A stretch of DNA of 64,000 nucleotides, from positions 102,982,001 to 103,046,000 of the forward strand of contig JBITNC010000001.1 in NCBI GenBank assembly GCA_050084985.1. The letters run 5' to 3'. This document shows, one piece after another, positions 51,460 to 64,000 of the stretch (position 1 is its first letter; every line of letters starts with the position of its first letter). The notes below the pieces were generated by a model. It had not been told where the DNA came from, searched no databases, and saw only the letters and a program-made list of their open reading frames with translations. The DNA is from Nageia nagi (Eukaryota > Plantae > Pinophyta). Position numbers and translations under genes: made by a program.

Positions 51460-53000
51460 GTATAAACTATATACCATCAATTTAAGTGACCTTGTCATGA
51501 AATTGCTTTTTGTTTCCTCGAGGTCCTTACAACCCACACATTTAGAATGGTGATCAATAACTTGACTGTATTGTGCTAACCCTTTGTCACATTCTAGTAC
51601 AATATTCTTGTATGTGTACCTGTTTATTTTACTTATCCACTTGTTTACAGGAGATCAAGTGGTAGTATGAGCTTGCAGATGTGTTTGAGCAGCTATAAAT
51701 GTAGTAACTGTGTAATATGAATGCGATGTTCAAATTGATGTGGACCATAAGATGTAAACCATTTTTTCTTCGCTTTCAATAGTTATATATCTATAGCTGT
51801 CTGCTTTTATGGTTGCGTTGCCAGTGGACATAAATTTGTTTGCCATTAATGTCAACTTCCCATTATGTTCAGTGCGAATTAGCTTTATTCGGTCACAGCA
51901 TCAATATTTTGCACATTGGACTATGGTTCGAATGAACCCAATGGTTCAAAAAATTTCTTCTCTCTACACATGACCTTGATATTCGCAGTAAGTGGCCATC
52001 CTTAATCTGTAGCTGGTGGCTGTTTCACACGGTTGTTGACATGTTTTGATACAATGCTTCACAAGGTAAGCTTCTATCGCTTAATCTCTGAGGTCATTTT
52101 TGTTCTGTTTAGGATATAAATCTAGTTCTGATACCATGTTACACACCATGGTTGCTTTTGTGAATCTGTGATACCTTCAACGAGCCTGATGTAGTTATGC
52201 TAAGAAATCAACTTGGAATGCATGCAATGAAGGAAAACTGAAGATATGGGAAATGCACTACTTTGCCTGTAATGAGCGTTTGCTAGCTGCAAACTAGACT
52301 TTTGTGTTTCCTGAGTGATTATCAATATAAAGCACTTATGATCACCTAAGGAATGAAACTCTGGGTTTAAACACATTCTTCAACTTCAATCATAATCTTC
52401 TTTGAAAATTCATTGATGTGTATGCTTCTTCATGTTGCACAGCTGCCTGCCTCTACCAGCTTTTGAGATTATATGAATGTATATTATGTTTGGACGCCTA
52501 GTTTCTATGCATTCTGAAATCACTGAAGAATTCAAGTTTTGACTCGTTGTTCCTCTTTGCCAACATGTCACTTTTGGTAGCCAATACAACAAAACAGAAA
52601 GCTCCACAGAAAACTTCACTTGAAATTTTGACACTGTAGATTTTTGAGATTTGGTTCATATGAATCTTGGTACTTTTTTTAACATATTCTGATATATTCG
52701 CATTGGGCTTTGTTTTGTTTATTACATGTAATTCTTCACATTACAGGGGAGTGTGTTCCTCAATCATTACCAGATTTTTCGTCTTTGCAAAAACAGCACA
52801 GTTTAGCATAATGGTTGCGTACACTACCACGTTTCTCTACATCTTATGAATAGATTGACTTAGTTCGGTTTTTAATTTAATCAATGAATAGAATCAGGAT
52901 TTCTCTTGATGCCTTTTGATCAGTATCGTTTTTAGAGTTTTCCCAATATCTGTTACTGCTTGCTATTTATTTTGACACAAATTCCTTGTCCAACATACAG

Positions 53001-53079
53001 GCAAGAATTAAGGAAGGAGCGTGAAAAGCTAAAAGAGGCTGAAGTTGATGCCTTAAAGCGGTCAATGCAGGCTGGAATG
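53001..53079 (+). CDS. Host gene exon E (79 nt): QELRKEREKLKEAEVDALKRSMQAGM
   Basis: catacAG acceptor, GTaata donor; completes the split Arg codon CG|G from exon D across a 37103-bp intron. Confidence 0.9.
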
Positions 53080-54329
53080 GTAATACTTTATCATTTCCTG
53101 CTTGTTTATTATTTGTATGATGCATGCTTAAAATACATAATTATTCTATTACTATATGCTTTAGATTTAATGAAACCAATGCATGTTGCTTATATAGTCT
53201 CAGAAATGTTTTTAGATATTCCTTTCTTACCATAACATGGTGTGTTACGAATTTGTAATATCTTGAGAATCAATGGATAAATGCTTTGTTCCTATAAACT
53301 TTTATAACTATAACACAACTTATGGTAAGGGAGCCTACATGAAGTTGCTCGGTTTACTTTGATCTTATTTGGCTACAAATGTATATATAAAAATATTGTT
53401 TCCTTTGAATATTGTAGTTGCTTTAAACAAACTTATGATTTTTCTACATTCATTCCACTTCTTGTCTGCAATTTAAACATCAACTTTTGGCTTTGTTTGT
53501 ATCTGTAATTTTCTTAAATTTTACAAAAGGATATAGTAAGTAATTTCTGAATTGGTCACATCATCATCCTACAATATGGTTTATTTTTGACAAGCAACAT
53601 TAGCAAATGCTTTGATCTCTCAAAACTGTTTCTGAAGTTGAATAGGATATGTAAAATCCTACATGATTGTAGATTTGTGAGCCACTGAAGACTAGAGAAT
53701 GGGTAAGTGTGGGTGTTATGATATCATGCCACCTATTGGTTTTTATGGAAAGCCTCTCATGATTTCTAACAGTTTGTAACCAAATTCTTGTTTGCGAGGC
53801 ACCTCTAGTGTGTTGACCTGCAGTATTTGATGGTTTTTGTTGGAGAGGCTCCAGTTCTGTTGTTTCAAGAAATGAAGATATTTATGGAGAGTCTCAAGTT
53901 GTATATGATCTAAAGATTCTAGGTTCTGTGGGTGTCGGGACACATTATCAACAACTAAAGCAGTTATTCCTATTCAAACTACTGCAGCCCAATTAAATCA
54001 CTAACTTCACCTTATCTTGTCTGTCATTAACAATATAATCTTGATGTATTGTCTTGAGTATAAGCTTGAATATAACTCTATAAAAGTGCACGCAATTTCA
54101 CCTAGTAATAAAACTAATATATGCCTGTTTTAACAAGTCTTATTAGATGGTTGTGACCAAAATGGAAATACATTTGGAAATGTGTGCTTGCAAACATTTG
54201 AAAATGGGTAAAGAGCAAGGGAAATAAGAAATAAAAATTGAAGTTAGGAAATCTGAAACTATGGAAAGAATATATAAAAAGATGACAAATAAATTAAAAC
54301 ACCAAAATTTGTAAAATTACCGACAGTAA

Positions 54330-57300
54330 CTAAGGCTTTTATAAATTATTCAATACATATTATGCCACAAAGAAGTACATGGGATATATGAAAGACTTTG
54401 TTCCACTTCTTGCAATAGAGCTATGAGAACCAACTCCAATAACTTCATCATAATAGGCACGCATCTATTCTCGTGTATGCATAAACAACCTGTGCAAATG
54501 GTTTCCATGGATGCCCCAAATATGCGTGAGACTTCTCCCCGTTGCCTATAATCACACATCTACGCAATGGTTGCTTTGATGGGAAGGCGAAACAATATGC
54601 GCAACAACACGCGAAGCACCAGAACAGGAGGCAAAGAAAATGAACGACAAACAGAGGAACAAAGTTTGAAGATCCGAGTAATAAAGGCAGTGATCCCAGA
54701 GATCACCATTCCAAATGATTTGGCTAAAGTGTGAAGAGGAGGAAGTTGTGGAAAACAGAGCAGACGAGCAAAGGAAAGCGGGTCTGAGCCCAAAGGTGGA
54801 AATTGTGATCCCTATCCATGAGGGAGAGGCAAGCAATCATAGCAGTGAAATTTTAGAAGACAGCTCCCTGGTTGACAATAAGAAATCTCCTGCTGAAGTG
54901 ATGGCAACAGAGAATAAAGAGGAGACTACTCAAGCTTTGTTGTGGATAGAGGAGAAAGAAATGAATAACCTGAAAGATTTCTCCAATGCTGTTATATGTA
55001 AAATGAGTGGAAGAAGGCCAAAAAGAGAAGAACTATGGAAGTATGTTGAAGAAAACTTCAAAATGAAGGGTGAGTTCCGACTAATAATCCTACCACACAA
55101 TTTCTTTATGTATGTTTTTAAGGATCAGGATGATCTTAAAAGAATACTGAATCATGAAAAATCATGGTTCTTTGGCCAAAGAGGGATAAATATGAGAAAA
55201 TGGAATGAAACATTCAACCCTCTTACTGAAAACCCACAGGGCTATCCAGTATGGGTAAATTTGTATGCCTTGCCAATTGAGTTTTTGAATGAGAAAGCTC
55301 TCAGGAAGATTCGTAATGCTATTGGGGAATTTTGAAGATTGGATGAATCTACCATGTTTAATGTGCAATCAAGGATGGACCTATTTAAGGCTAGACTATG
55401 TGTGTGGATGTCCACAAATGGGCAATGGTTAAAATCCATTACTAGCCTCAAAGTGGAGGAACTGGGTCCAATATATTGAGTATGGAAATTTCAGTCTTAG
55501 ATGCTATAACTGTCAGCAAGAAGGCCATATTAAGAAATATTGCACCAAAATTTGTGTGCCAAAGCATACCTAGATTACACAAAAGCTGAGAACCACACCA
55601 GAAATACCTGGAACAACAACAATACAACAAATACCACATGAACAAAGAGAGAAGAATGCATCCAGTAGATCTGGAGAACAAATGGAAGAGGAAATAGTAG
55701 GTACAAACATTACCAAGCCCACAGAGAAACAACGGGCTCAGATTATGGAGGAACAGGTTAAAGAGAACAAAGTAGATCTAGAGTGTAGCAGAGATGAGTT
55801 GGAAAGGAGAACGAAGCCTGACACGTTAAAGACAAAAACAAAATCCTCAAGGAAATCAGAAATTGCGCAGAGAAGCCATGAAAATAACTCAAGTAACGAT
55901 GCTCCCTGTCCAGAATCGATCACTGTGCCTGATGATTAAGGCGGTAACAGGAATTTAAATTTTGAAATTTCCAAAAGCGGGAAGCCTCTAGACAACCCAA
56001 GTGCTGATCCCAAGATAAGGAGTGAATCTGTTTGAAAATCTATGGCGTGCACCAAATTTCAAAAATGCAATTAAAGTTTAAAAGAGTCAAACAGGAGTTC
56101 GAGCATTGAGGATAGGGCCTTTAAAATTAATTGTTGTAATTATTGACTTTGTTTATATTTAGGAAAAATAGATATTACATATGCTAGGTACTTTTAAGAA
56201 TGATAAATGAAGGAAGATACAACTTGAATGCGGCGGTTTAGAAAATCTTTTTAAGGAGAAGAATGCAGCAGTTTAGAAAATCTCATCAGCCAAACTTCTT
56301 TCTATCTAAGAAATCTTTTCCATTTTCGTATAGATGCAAAAGGTAGTAGATGAAGCAATCCCTTGTTATCAAGATCTTGTTTGTAGAGGTTTTTTGGAGG
56401 CCCTTTCAAAACTCCATCTTTTTTGATTAATACCAAATTTACCCTATTAATAAAAAAAAAAAAAATAGCTCCATCAAAATATGCATGAGTAGCTGGTGTA
56501 TCACCTTCAAAAGGATATGTCTTAGTCAAAATTATAAAGGTTCACAATGTACTCTTATATTATAGAGAACAAGTTGAAGAATAAAATGCACAAGGTCAGA
56601 TTGTTTGGCTGGTTACAAAATGGTGCCCATGGGGCATGTTTCGGTAATGTGTCCTTTAGATATACTAGAGAGGTGACCACCACTTATGGCTTTCTTTCTT
56701 AGACTAGAGTATAGGTATGAAAAGGAAGTCCAAGTTGAATTATCCACTTTATTAAAAGCTGACATATTGATCTTTATCGAAAAAAGGAGGGAGTTATAAT
56801 GTTCTTTCTAGCATGGTTAATGGGCCTACATTGGGCAGTCTAAGAGGATGTGACACATGTTATACCTTAACATATGGCAGGATGTTTGTAAGGGAGGTGG
56901 GAGCAATCTGAAGGTTCATAGGTTGAGGAATCGATACGAGTTCTTGGCTTTGAGGCATGTAGACACCAAAAACATTAAAATTGTCACCAAAAACTGAAAA
57001 ATGTTTTTTGACTTGCCAATTGGAAACCAATCCCCCTCGGCCACATTTTTTTGTGATATGGGTGTGAAGAAATGTGTTCAAGGTGGCAGTCATGCTTAAA
57101 GTCTCATCTTCGTATAAGTTGTCCTGATTGAACAGATATTGTTGGATCTGAGCACCATATTTTTAGTCAATGCAGTTTGGTCTTTTTTTTGTTGAAATGC
57201 TTATAAATTATATTAACTTATAAAAGATAATACAAAATCTACAAACAAAAATGTGGGTGGAAATTGATAACACCCTGACAGGAGACGAATGGGATAAATT

Positions 57301-59770
57301 AATCATCCCCATATCAAAAACTAGAAACCAACAAACTATAAGCCAAATGTTAAAATCGCATATCTCAAAATAGAGATCACATGTAAATAGTAGAGTACAC
57401 AGCAAAAGTATAGCTAAGGACAACAATAGGATCATTTAAATGCTGTAAGAATATACTCTTTTCTTCTACAAGTGCACAAACTTCATCTAAATGTTGTGAG
57501 AAAATGATCACTTATTTTGGTAGATGCACGATCTTCATCCAATGCTGGAAACATTCTCCTAATGTTCAATTAACTCTTTCAAGTGCTCCACCTTCATATT
57601 CTTTGTACTTGCACTGATATTTGAAAAAATACCTTTGTAATGGTAGTAATTCTATTAGAAAGTGTGAAATAATTATCTATACTACCATTTGCAAATAGGC
57701 AATGGTTTCAGGTTTTCCAGATTTCAAAAAGAATGGTCACTCAAAAGATATGCCAAACATCAATGAGCTTAAGAGGAATTTTAGTGTAATCTCTAAGCAA
57801 CATTTGCTGCCAATTAAAAAGTTTTGGATAGAATGACTTACAGAAATCATAAATCCATCCTATCCATGAAAATTGAATTGGTAAAGTGGGTAATTACCAT
57901 AGTGGAGGCCCGAGTTCAATTCTTTACACTCTTCCAAGTACCCATGCATGTTATGGAGTTTAAGTTCCCTTATTCAAATTTGAAGAAAGGGGCTTGCCAA
58001 CAAAAAAAATATCGCAGTCTAAGGCCTAGGAAAGCCTTGATGCATGATGCACCAAGTAAAGTGTGCAAGCTTAGGCTCAAGGCCTAACTTCCAAATAGTT
58101 TGCATTCCTTTTCCCTAATTTGTAATTGGGGAGATCAAATTCCACCTTTCATTCAACTTATTCACCATAGAAAAATATGGTGATAACCACTATATCCTAT
58201 CTTAGCCTTATATTTTAGGAACAATGTTTTCACATGCTAGTGCCAATCTTTTCACGATGGCTATTGTGAAATGACAATAGACTTCAATTTTAATTCATAT
58301 GATGTAACATCCTATAAATAATAATAAGCAATTTCATCTAAGTTTGCAATCTGAAAAGTTTTTTTAAGATCTTGCCATTGAAGCAAATCTCAAGGGGCAA
58401 TTAATAACATCTTTGAGTTGAGAAATTCTCTTACAACAGAGCAAAGAGGGTGAAACCATGGGCATGGCGCAAAACTATAATTATCTTGCTAAAAAAGTGT
58501 TGATCACCAAAGGTTTTGAAAATTATATGACAAACCAAGTCGAATTTCAGACTATGCCCAACAAAGCCAAGGGTTAATAGACTCCCAAGCCTTCCAAATC
58601 CTCTAGACAAGAAAATAAATTGTAATTTTAATAGGCTTAAGAGTAACTCAAAGAGTTTGAAAACCAATATCTCTCCAAAGTCATTTTCCATGGGGGAGCT
58701 CTGATGAAATTTGATGACTCAGAAGAATTATCCATGTCTTCGCCCCTTCCAAAGCTCTTATTATCCATTTCACATACAATGCAAGACCTTGTCTGAGAAT
58801 ATTAATCAAACCCATGTCTCCATATGCAATTGGGAGACAAGTGTCCCAAGCAATTTGGTAAAAGCTAGATCTAGAGGGAGAAGCCTAAACAAAAGGGACC
58901 CAACAAGACAAGTAATAGACATGAGTTGTTGCAAGAATTCTAGAATAAATTTGAGTTTTATTAGCTAAAGCTAATGGCTTGGTGAGCCAATAGTTTAACT
59001 TAGAAGCAACTTTGTCAATAATATGTTTCCGAAGATTAATAGGAGATTCTCCAAAAGAAAAATGAATAACCAAATTTTTAAATATCTCACCTAGTTGTAT
59101 CCATTTCTATTGTTAATACTGCAACCATTTTGGACATTTAAATTGGGCTAGGTGAAAGCATCGAGCCTTTTTCCATTATAGACTAGAACCAGAAGCTAGA
59201 CAAAAACTATCCTAAGAACATGGAGCTTCTAAAACTACCCCTGCATCCCCAATAAGAGTGAGAAAACTATCAGCAACAAAATGTCCATTGATTAGACGAA
59301 TTGGGAAGAGAAATACCTTGCACCAAGTTCATTGGAGAAACACTATGTTGCAAATACCAAAAGGCTTTTGTGGCTAACACATATAGAGCTAAAGGTAATG
59401 GACAACCTTGGTGAATAGACCAATAAATGGAAAATATAGTAGATTAATCCCTTTCATTCAGGGAAGCTAAGGCATCTACAAAGAGCATATTTATAGTTGA
59501 AATAAAAGTGGGACCCAAGCCAAGGGGTTTAAGCATTTGCAAAATAAAATTCTAGTCAATTTTTTCATATGCCTTCTCAAAGTTTATCTTAACAAATGTT
59601 GTAAGTTGATGTGATTTATATGTCCATTCCATGCCTTCCCAAATAGTAAGAATATTATTATGAATATAATGCCCACGAATGAAATTAGTATGCTTTGGAT
59701 AAATAATCACAACTAGGAAATCTACGAGTCTCAAAGGGAACACTTTTGCTTTAATTTTGTATGAAACATT
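54330..59770 (-). mobile_element. Degraded L1-type LINE ORF2 (RT through RNase H), interrupted by a + strand L1
   Basis: LNVSYKI..K, NFIRGHYIHNNIL, KINFEKAYEKID, HQGCPL, KLNYWLTKPL...YYLSCW; HAYFDGA RNase H motif at ~56467-56490, continuing left of 54530. Confidence 0.75.
54531..56465 (+). mobile_element. Internally deleted L1: ORF1 (DUF4283 + CCHC knuckle), ORF2 largely missing, poly(A) tail
   Basis: ORF 54715-55335 (FFMYVFKDQDDLKRIL..SWFFG..INMRKW..FNP...PVWVNLYALP); CYNCQQEGHIKKYC at ~55502-55545; AATAAA plus a 14-A run ending at 56465. Confidence 0.75.
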
Positions 59771-62700
59771 CAAACATTTCATGAAAAAACCTCAAGATAA
59801 ATTTTGGAGAGTAGTTGGTGACTCAAAGATTACTTGACAAGAAAAACCTCAAACATTTCATGAAAAAAACATACAAAGAAAATATTTATATACGAATTTA
59901 GAAAGTTGCAAAGGCAATTTTCTATTAGATTTAAATGAAATAAGTACATTCATTGTTTTTAATCATCAAAATTTAAAAATACAACAATTTAAATTATCAA
60001 GTAGTTCTAAAGTTTAAGACTCTAAATTTTAAAGACTTTGAGTCTAGAATCTAAACTACTGGAATGACCTCTTTTCCCTTAACCTCATATATGTCCTTGC
60101 AACGGGTGGTTTCTATGGAAGTGGAAAATCTTCATTCTCAATAGGATCCTCAAGTATGTCCTCGAACTCCATACAACCTATAGTTGTTGCTACAATTGAT
60201 GTACCTACTTCCCATTCAAGTTGCTCATTTCCTCCTTAGTGAAGAAGGGTTCCACAATTTCAACCACCCAATCTACTCGTGGAAACATAGAATCAGGCCA
60301 ATGGTATCATGTGACTTTGTGCCCCACTTGTTTGACACAAAGGCTAAGATTGTATTGGACAAACACAGGGTCATTGAGGCACTAGTGTCTCAACTTGTTA
60401 CATTTCGTGGTGTGAATGCTCTCAAACAACGACCAATAATATCCTTGCTGCTAGTCTTTGAAGATTTGGACATTGAGCACCATTATCTTCCCACCATAAA
60501 TTTGCAAAAAAGAAATGACATTTTAAAAAGTCAATCTTGATTTGACATTATGTACATTCTAAAAAGACCCTACTTTTATTGAATTTTAAACTGTTACTTG
60601 GCCACAAGGTTGTCTTCGACATTTTGTAAACAAGTGAAGGAAGAACCCTTCCTTTAGCTCTCTTGTCATCTTGCACCTCATCGGGAATTATGTTTTTGAT
60701 GTGATCCTCAAGAATCATCATCTCTATGTAGGTATAGAGGCCATTGATAACCTTCTCATTGGGCTCAAAATCATTATCGTAAAAAAACTTGGGATTCAAG
60801 TAGTACCTTGGTACATTTAAAGGTCGATCAAATTGTTGGGTCCATATCCTATTAATGATATGCCAAATGGGATCTAATTTATTTTGGTTTACTTGATAAA
60901 TACGTTGGATAGTCTTGTTAGCCCTATCCACTGGCTCATATAGATATCCCCTCAACATCAACTTTCTATCTACAAGATAAAGAACCTTGACTATCATTTA
61001 CAATTCATTAAAAAAATCAACTTTTAGATTTACAACTTTAAATTTAAGAATACGAAAATTCAAAGTTACAAACTAAAAATTGAAAAGTATAAAAGAACAC
61101 ATGTAAATTACCTTGATGACCTCCTCAACACCCTTTCAAAAAAGTTATCAAACACTATCTTGACGACCCTACCTCCATCCTTCCTATAGAAAAATGGAGA
61201 TTCCCTCTATTTATCACACACAAAAATCTTCTTAAGAGAAGCTTTTACATCAAAGATGCTCTTTAATGTAATGAAATTGGAGGCAAATTGAGTGATATGT
61301 GAGAGACCTTACCAAAATTATTTGTATTTTGGTAGATAAAATTCAGAAAATATTACAACAAACTCAGGTCTGAAAAATATGTAGAAAATTCACCAAAAAC
61401 TCACTCTACAATTTTTATAAAATTTTGCTGAAAGTGGAAATAGATTTTAGAGAGAAAAGAGTATCCAAATTACACACTAAATATTCAACTTGAGCCTCCT
61501 AGGGTTAGACATCCCACCTAGGGCAAAAAATTGATTTGAAAATGCACCAAAAACGAGTGATCCTCCTTGGTTGCAATCTCTGGTCAAAACTTGTTCAAAT
61601 CCACTTTAATTTTTTGTGATCTAGTTGCTATAGGAAAACTAGGGTTTCAACCCTCATATCTGAAACTGAAAAACTCAATAAAGCACACCTGTAAACCTTG
61701 AATGAGTTTACCATAGGAAACATAACATTGTTCTTCCTCAAGTTTTATCCAAAGAGGTTGGCCTTCCTCAATAGATCCCACTTTTGTATCTGGCCATTTG
61801 CAGAAGGAAGTGATATTGTTGGAGCAATAATCTTTAGGGTTTTAAGATGACAAAAGGTTCTTGCAACTTCAAATAGACCCACTCTACACTTTAGGGTTTC
61901 ATGAACCACCTTCTAGATTCAACGCTCCATATTGCTCCATGTAGGAGATTAAATCTACACCCTTAGATGCTTAAGAAAAAGTCCTCACCCTTAGCTGTTT
62001 ATTAATCCCTTAGAAGCCCAACATTCCATTGTGGGGTCCCATAATAACTTAAAAAACGTTTTTTGCACATGTTGAAATAAATTAGTAATATTTATGACAT
62101 TATTATGTGACTTTTTTTTTTAAAAAAACATATCACTTAAATACTTTAGCATTTCACTAAAATACCTCTAAAACACTTCTAGATGTATTAAAACACGACT
62201 AAGTTGTCCAAGAGGAGGGATGTTCCACCCATGAAAAAACTTATTCAACACTTAAACAAAAAGATATAATATTTACAAAGTTTATCAAAATTTGGGAGAT
62301 TACATGATACTTGGATGAATGATCTCCTTGCCACTTGTGTGCTCTCTTATCAAATTTAGCACCCAAGTGTGGTTGTAGATGAATTTTGTGATTGTTATCG
62401 CTTCTTCAACCACATTTCTAATGCATGTGAGCCTACTAATGTACTATAGGATACGATCAATGCAATGGGTTTCACATAGGCCCCAAAATATGGTGGGGTA
62501 GTTCTACTCTAGAGGTTTTCTTGCAACCACATATATTACAATGTTGTCCATCACTACTTGGACAACATTCTCCATACCCACTTCCAACACCACCTCCTTA
62601 GGCAAGTTGTAAATCAATTGTGTATTTTTATATAATGTGATGTGTTAACCGAATTCAAGAAGACCATTAATCCACTTGAAGCCACCATGAAGTTGATGTG

Positions 62701-63885
62701 TGTGCAATTCCTCACATCTGCCCACCTGTCTAACAAAATATTGCATCCATGTTTGTGTCAACCCTTTCCTTGCTCAAGGGCACATGTGTTGGCAATTACC
62801 TCCTCAAGCAAAGGTCTGTTGAAATCCTTTGTGGTATGAAGCTTCATCCCTCTTCCAACAACGGAATACTATTGCCATGGCATCCTAGTAAGGACTATTT
62901 GTAACATTAAAAGGAATGTTGCAATAGTGCCAAATATTTGTAGCTGTTGTTTGCATTGCTTTGATCTTCTATTTCCCCCATGTTGTTCTATCAGGGAAGG
63001 TTGTGTCTCTTTATGAGAAACAAAAAACATTGGATTTGTAATATCACTTGTTGAAAATCGAACATGTGAGCCAAACATAGACACTTCTTGTGATCCTGAT
63101 TCATAAATCTTCCAGTAATCATCCAAGCTCCCCCCAAGCCTTGCTCCAACTGTAATCTTGGTATTTTTCCATTCTGACTTTTGTTTTGATTTTGAAGCAA
63201 TTAAGGCTTGAATCTCATGAGTGATCTTAGGAGGCACAACATCACAAAGTCCTATATCAATCAGGTATCCTTGCAAGATGGAATTTAAGTCTATTGATAC
63301 CACCCTTGTAATGTTTTTTTTTGCAATAGTTGCAAAAAATTTGGTTTGGAAGATCACCCATTTGTGTATGCTTCCAAGCAAGATTCTTCCCTTTGGGTGC
63401 ACTTGAATAGCCCTCATTTGCAAATGCCATTTGCAAAGTGCAAAAAAAACCCATTTGAAGGAAAGAAAAACCCTAACCCTATTTTTTTTAACAAATTTTA
63501 AAAAATCAAAAATAAAAAAATACCCATTTGAAGTATGGGCATTGGCATTAAAAAAAATTGTTTAGTGAAAATAAATAAATAAAAAAAAACTACCTCTTCA
63601 AATGCTCAATGAAAATAAAAAAACTCATGGATGAATCACAAAATCTCGTGAAATCTACGATGAAAAGTTTGAAATCCATGATGAAGCTCCTCAAATATGG
63701 TGAACCTTTAAATCCTCCATGAATAAGACTGTCTTTTTCCTGCGTCTTTTCCTCTCGATGGTTGTTGAGATGTCTAGTTTTCAGACAAGTTACCTATTGG
63801 AAATTCATCGAAACTCGACAGTGAGTTACTTGGTCAAGCAAAAATGCATGAGTTTTCGTGTTTACTCACAAGTTTTCCATCATTG
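59771..63885 (-). mobile_element. hAT transposon related to 48035-51459; left end truncated; interrupted by a solo LTR
   Basis: Right TIR reverse complement CAATGATGGAAAACTTG (15/17 with the left TIR at 48035). AWKHT..CNYCKK..GGINRLKFHL (BED); GKEIIHPSIT|QFASNF; LRGYLYE; YYLNPKFFY. Confidence 0.85.
61298..62304 (-). mobile_element. Solo LTR (1007 bp) inserted in the hAT transposase
   Basis: TGTGAGAG...GAGATTACA termini; perfect TSD TGATA (61293-61297 / 62305-62309); removing it restores HPSITQFASNF. Confidence 0.92.
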
Positions 63886-64000
63886 GTTAAAGTAGTCTCA
63901 TGCAATTCCCCAATGGATAGAAGATGATCACAAGTTACTTTTAGGTGATTTGGAACCTTGGTTGGGACTATTCATGCACATATCTAATGTAGCTTGACAA

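Noticed and set aside
7493-53079. Assigning a gene symbol to the host gene
   Set aside because: The family is recognised only as a conserved uncharacterised plant protein; no name can be confirmed without a search.
52960-53235. 91-aa ORF as a standalone gene
   Set aside because: Only 53001-53079 is exon; the rest is read-through into AT-rich intron.
1-64000. Numerous 60-110 aa ORFs in the supplied track; tRNA/rRNA genes
   Set aside because: The short ORFs are mostly antisense or alternative frames of TE genes, or chance ORFs; the only tRNA-related sequences seen are PBS motifs.

Overview
Eukaryotic plant DNA, most likely from a gymnosperm-type giant genome (inferred from TE families and intron size). 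The whole window lies inside one + strand host gene for a conserved, uncharacterised plant protein. Five small exons (7493-7538, 13519-13568, 13758-13799, 15784-15897, 53001-53079) splice in frame across GT-AG introns of 5980, 189, 1984 and 37103 bp; the first and last exons lie outside the window. The introns are packed with nested TEs: one young full-length Ty1/copia (29441-34548, LTRs differ at 2 of 546 nt) inside an older copia, three hAT transposons plus a fragment, L1-type LINE remnants, and at least four TSD-flanked solo LTRs. The most unusual signal is a group of 2-4 kb LTR-like units. Several carry their own decayed non-gag/pol gene downstream of an array of inverted motifs. Two of them keep the same GGCGC half-site geometry (38-39 nt spacer) even though their repeat units differ (~70-75 bp vs 183 bp). 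All calls were made by eye; no database searches were run.
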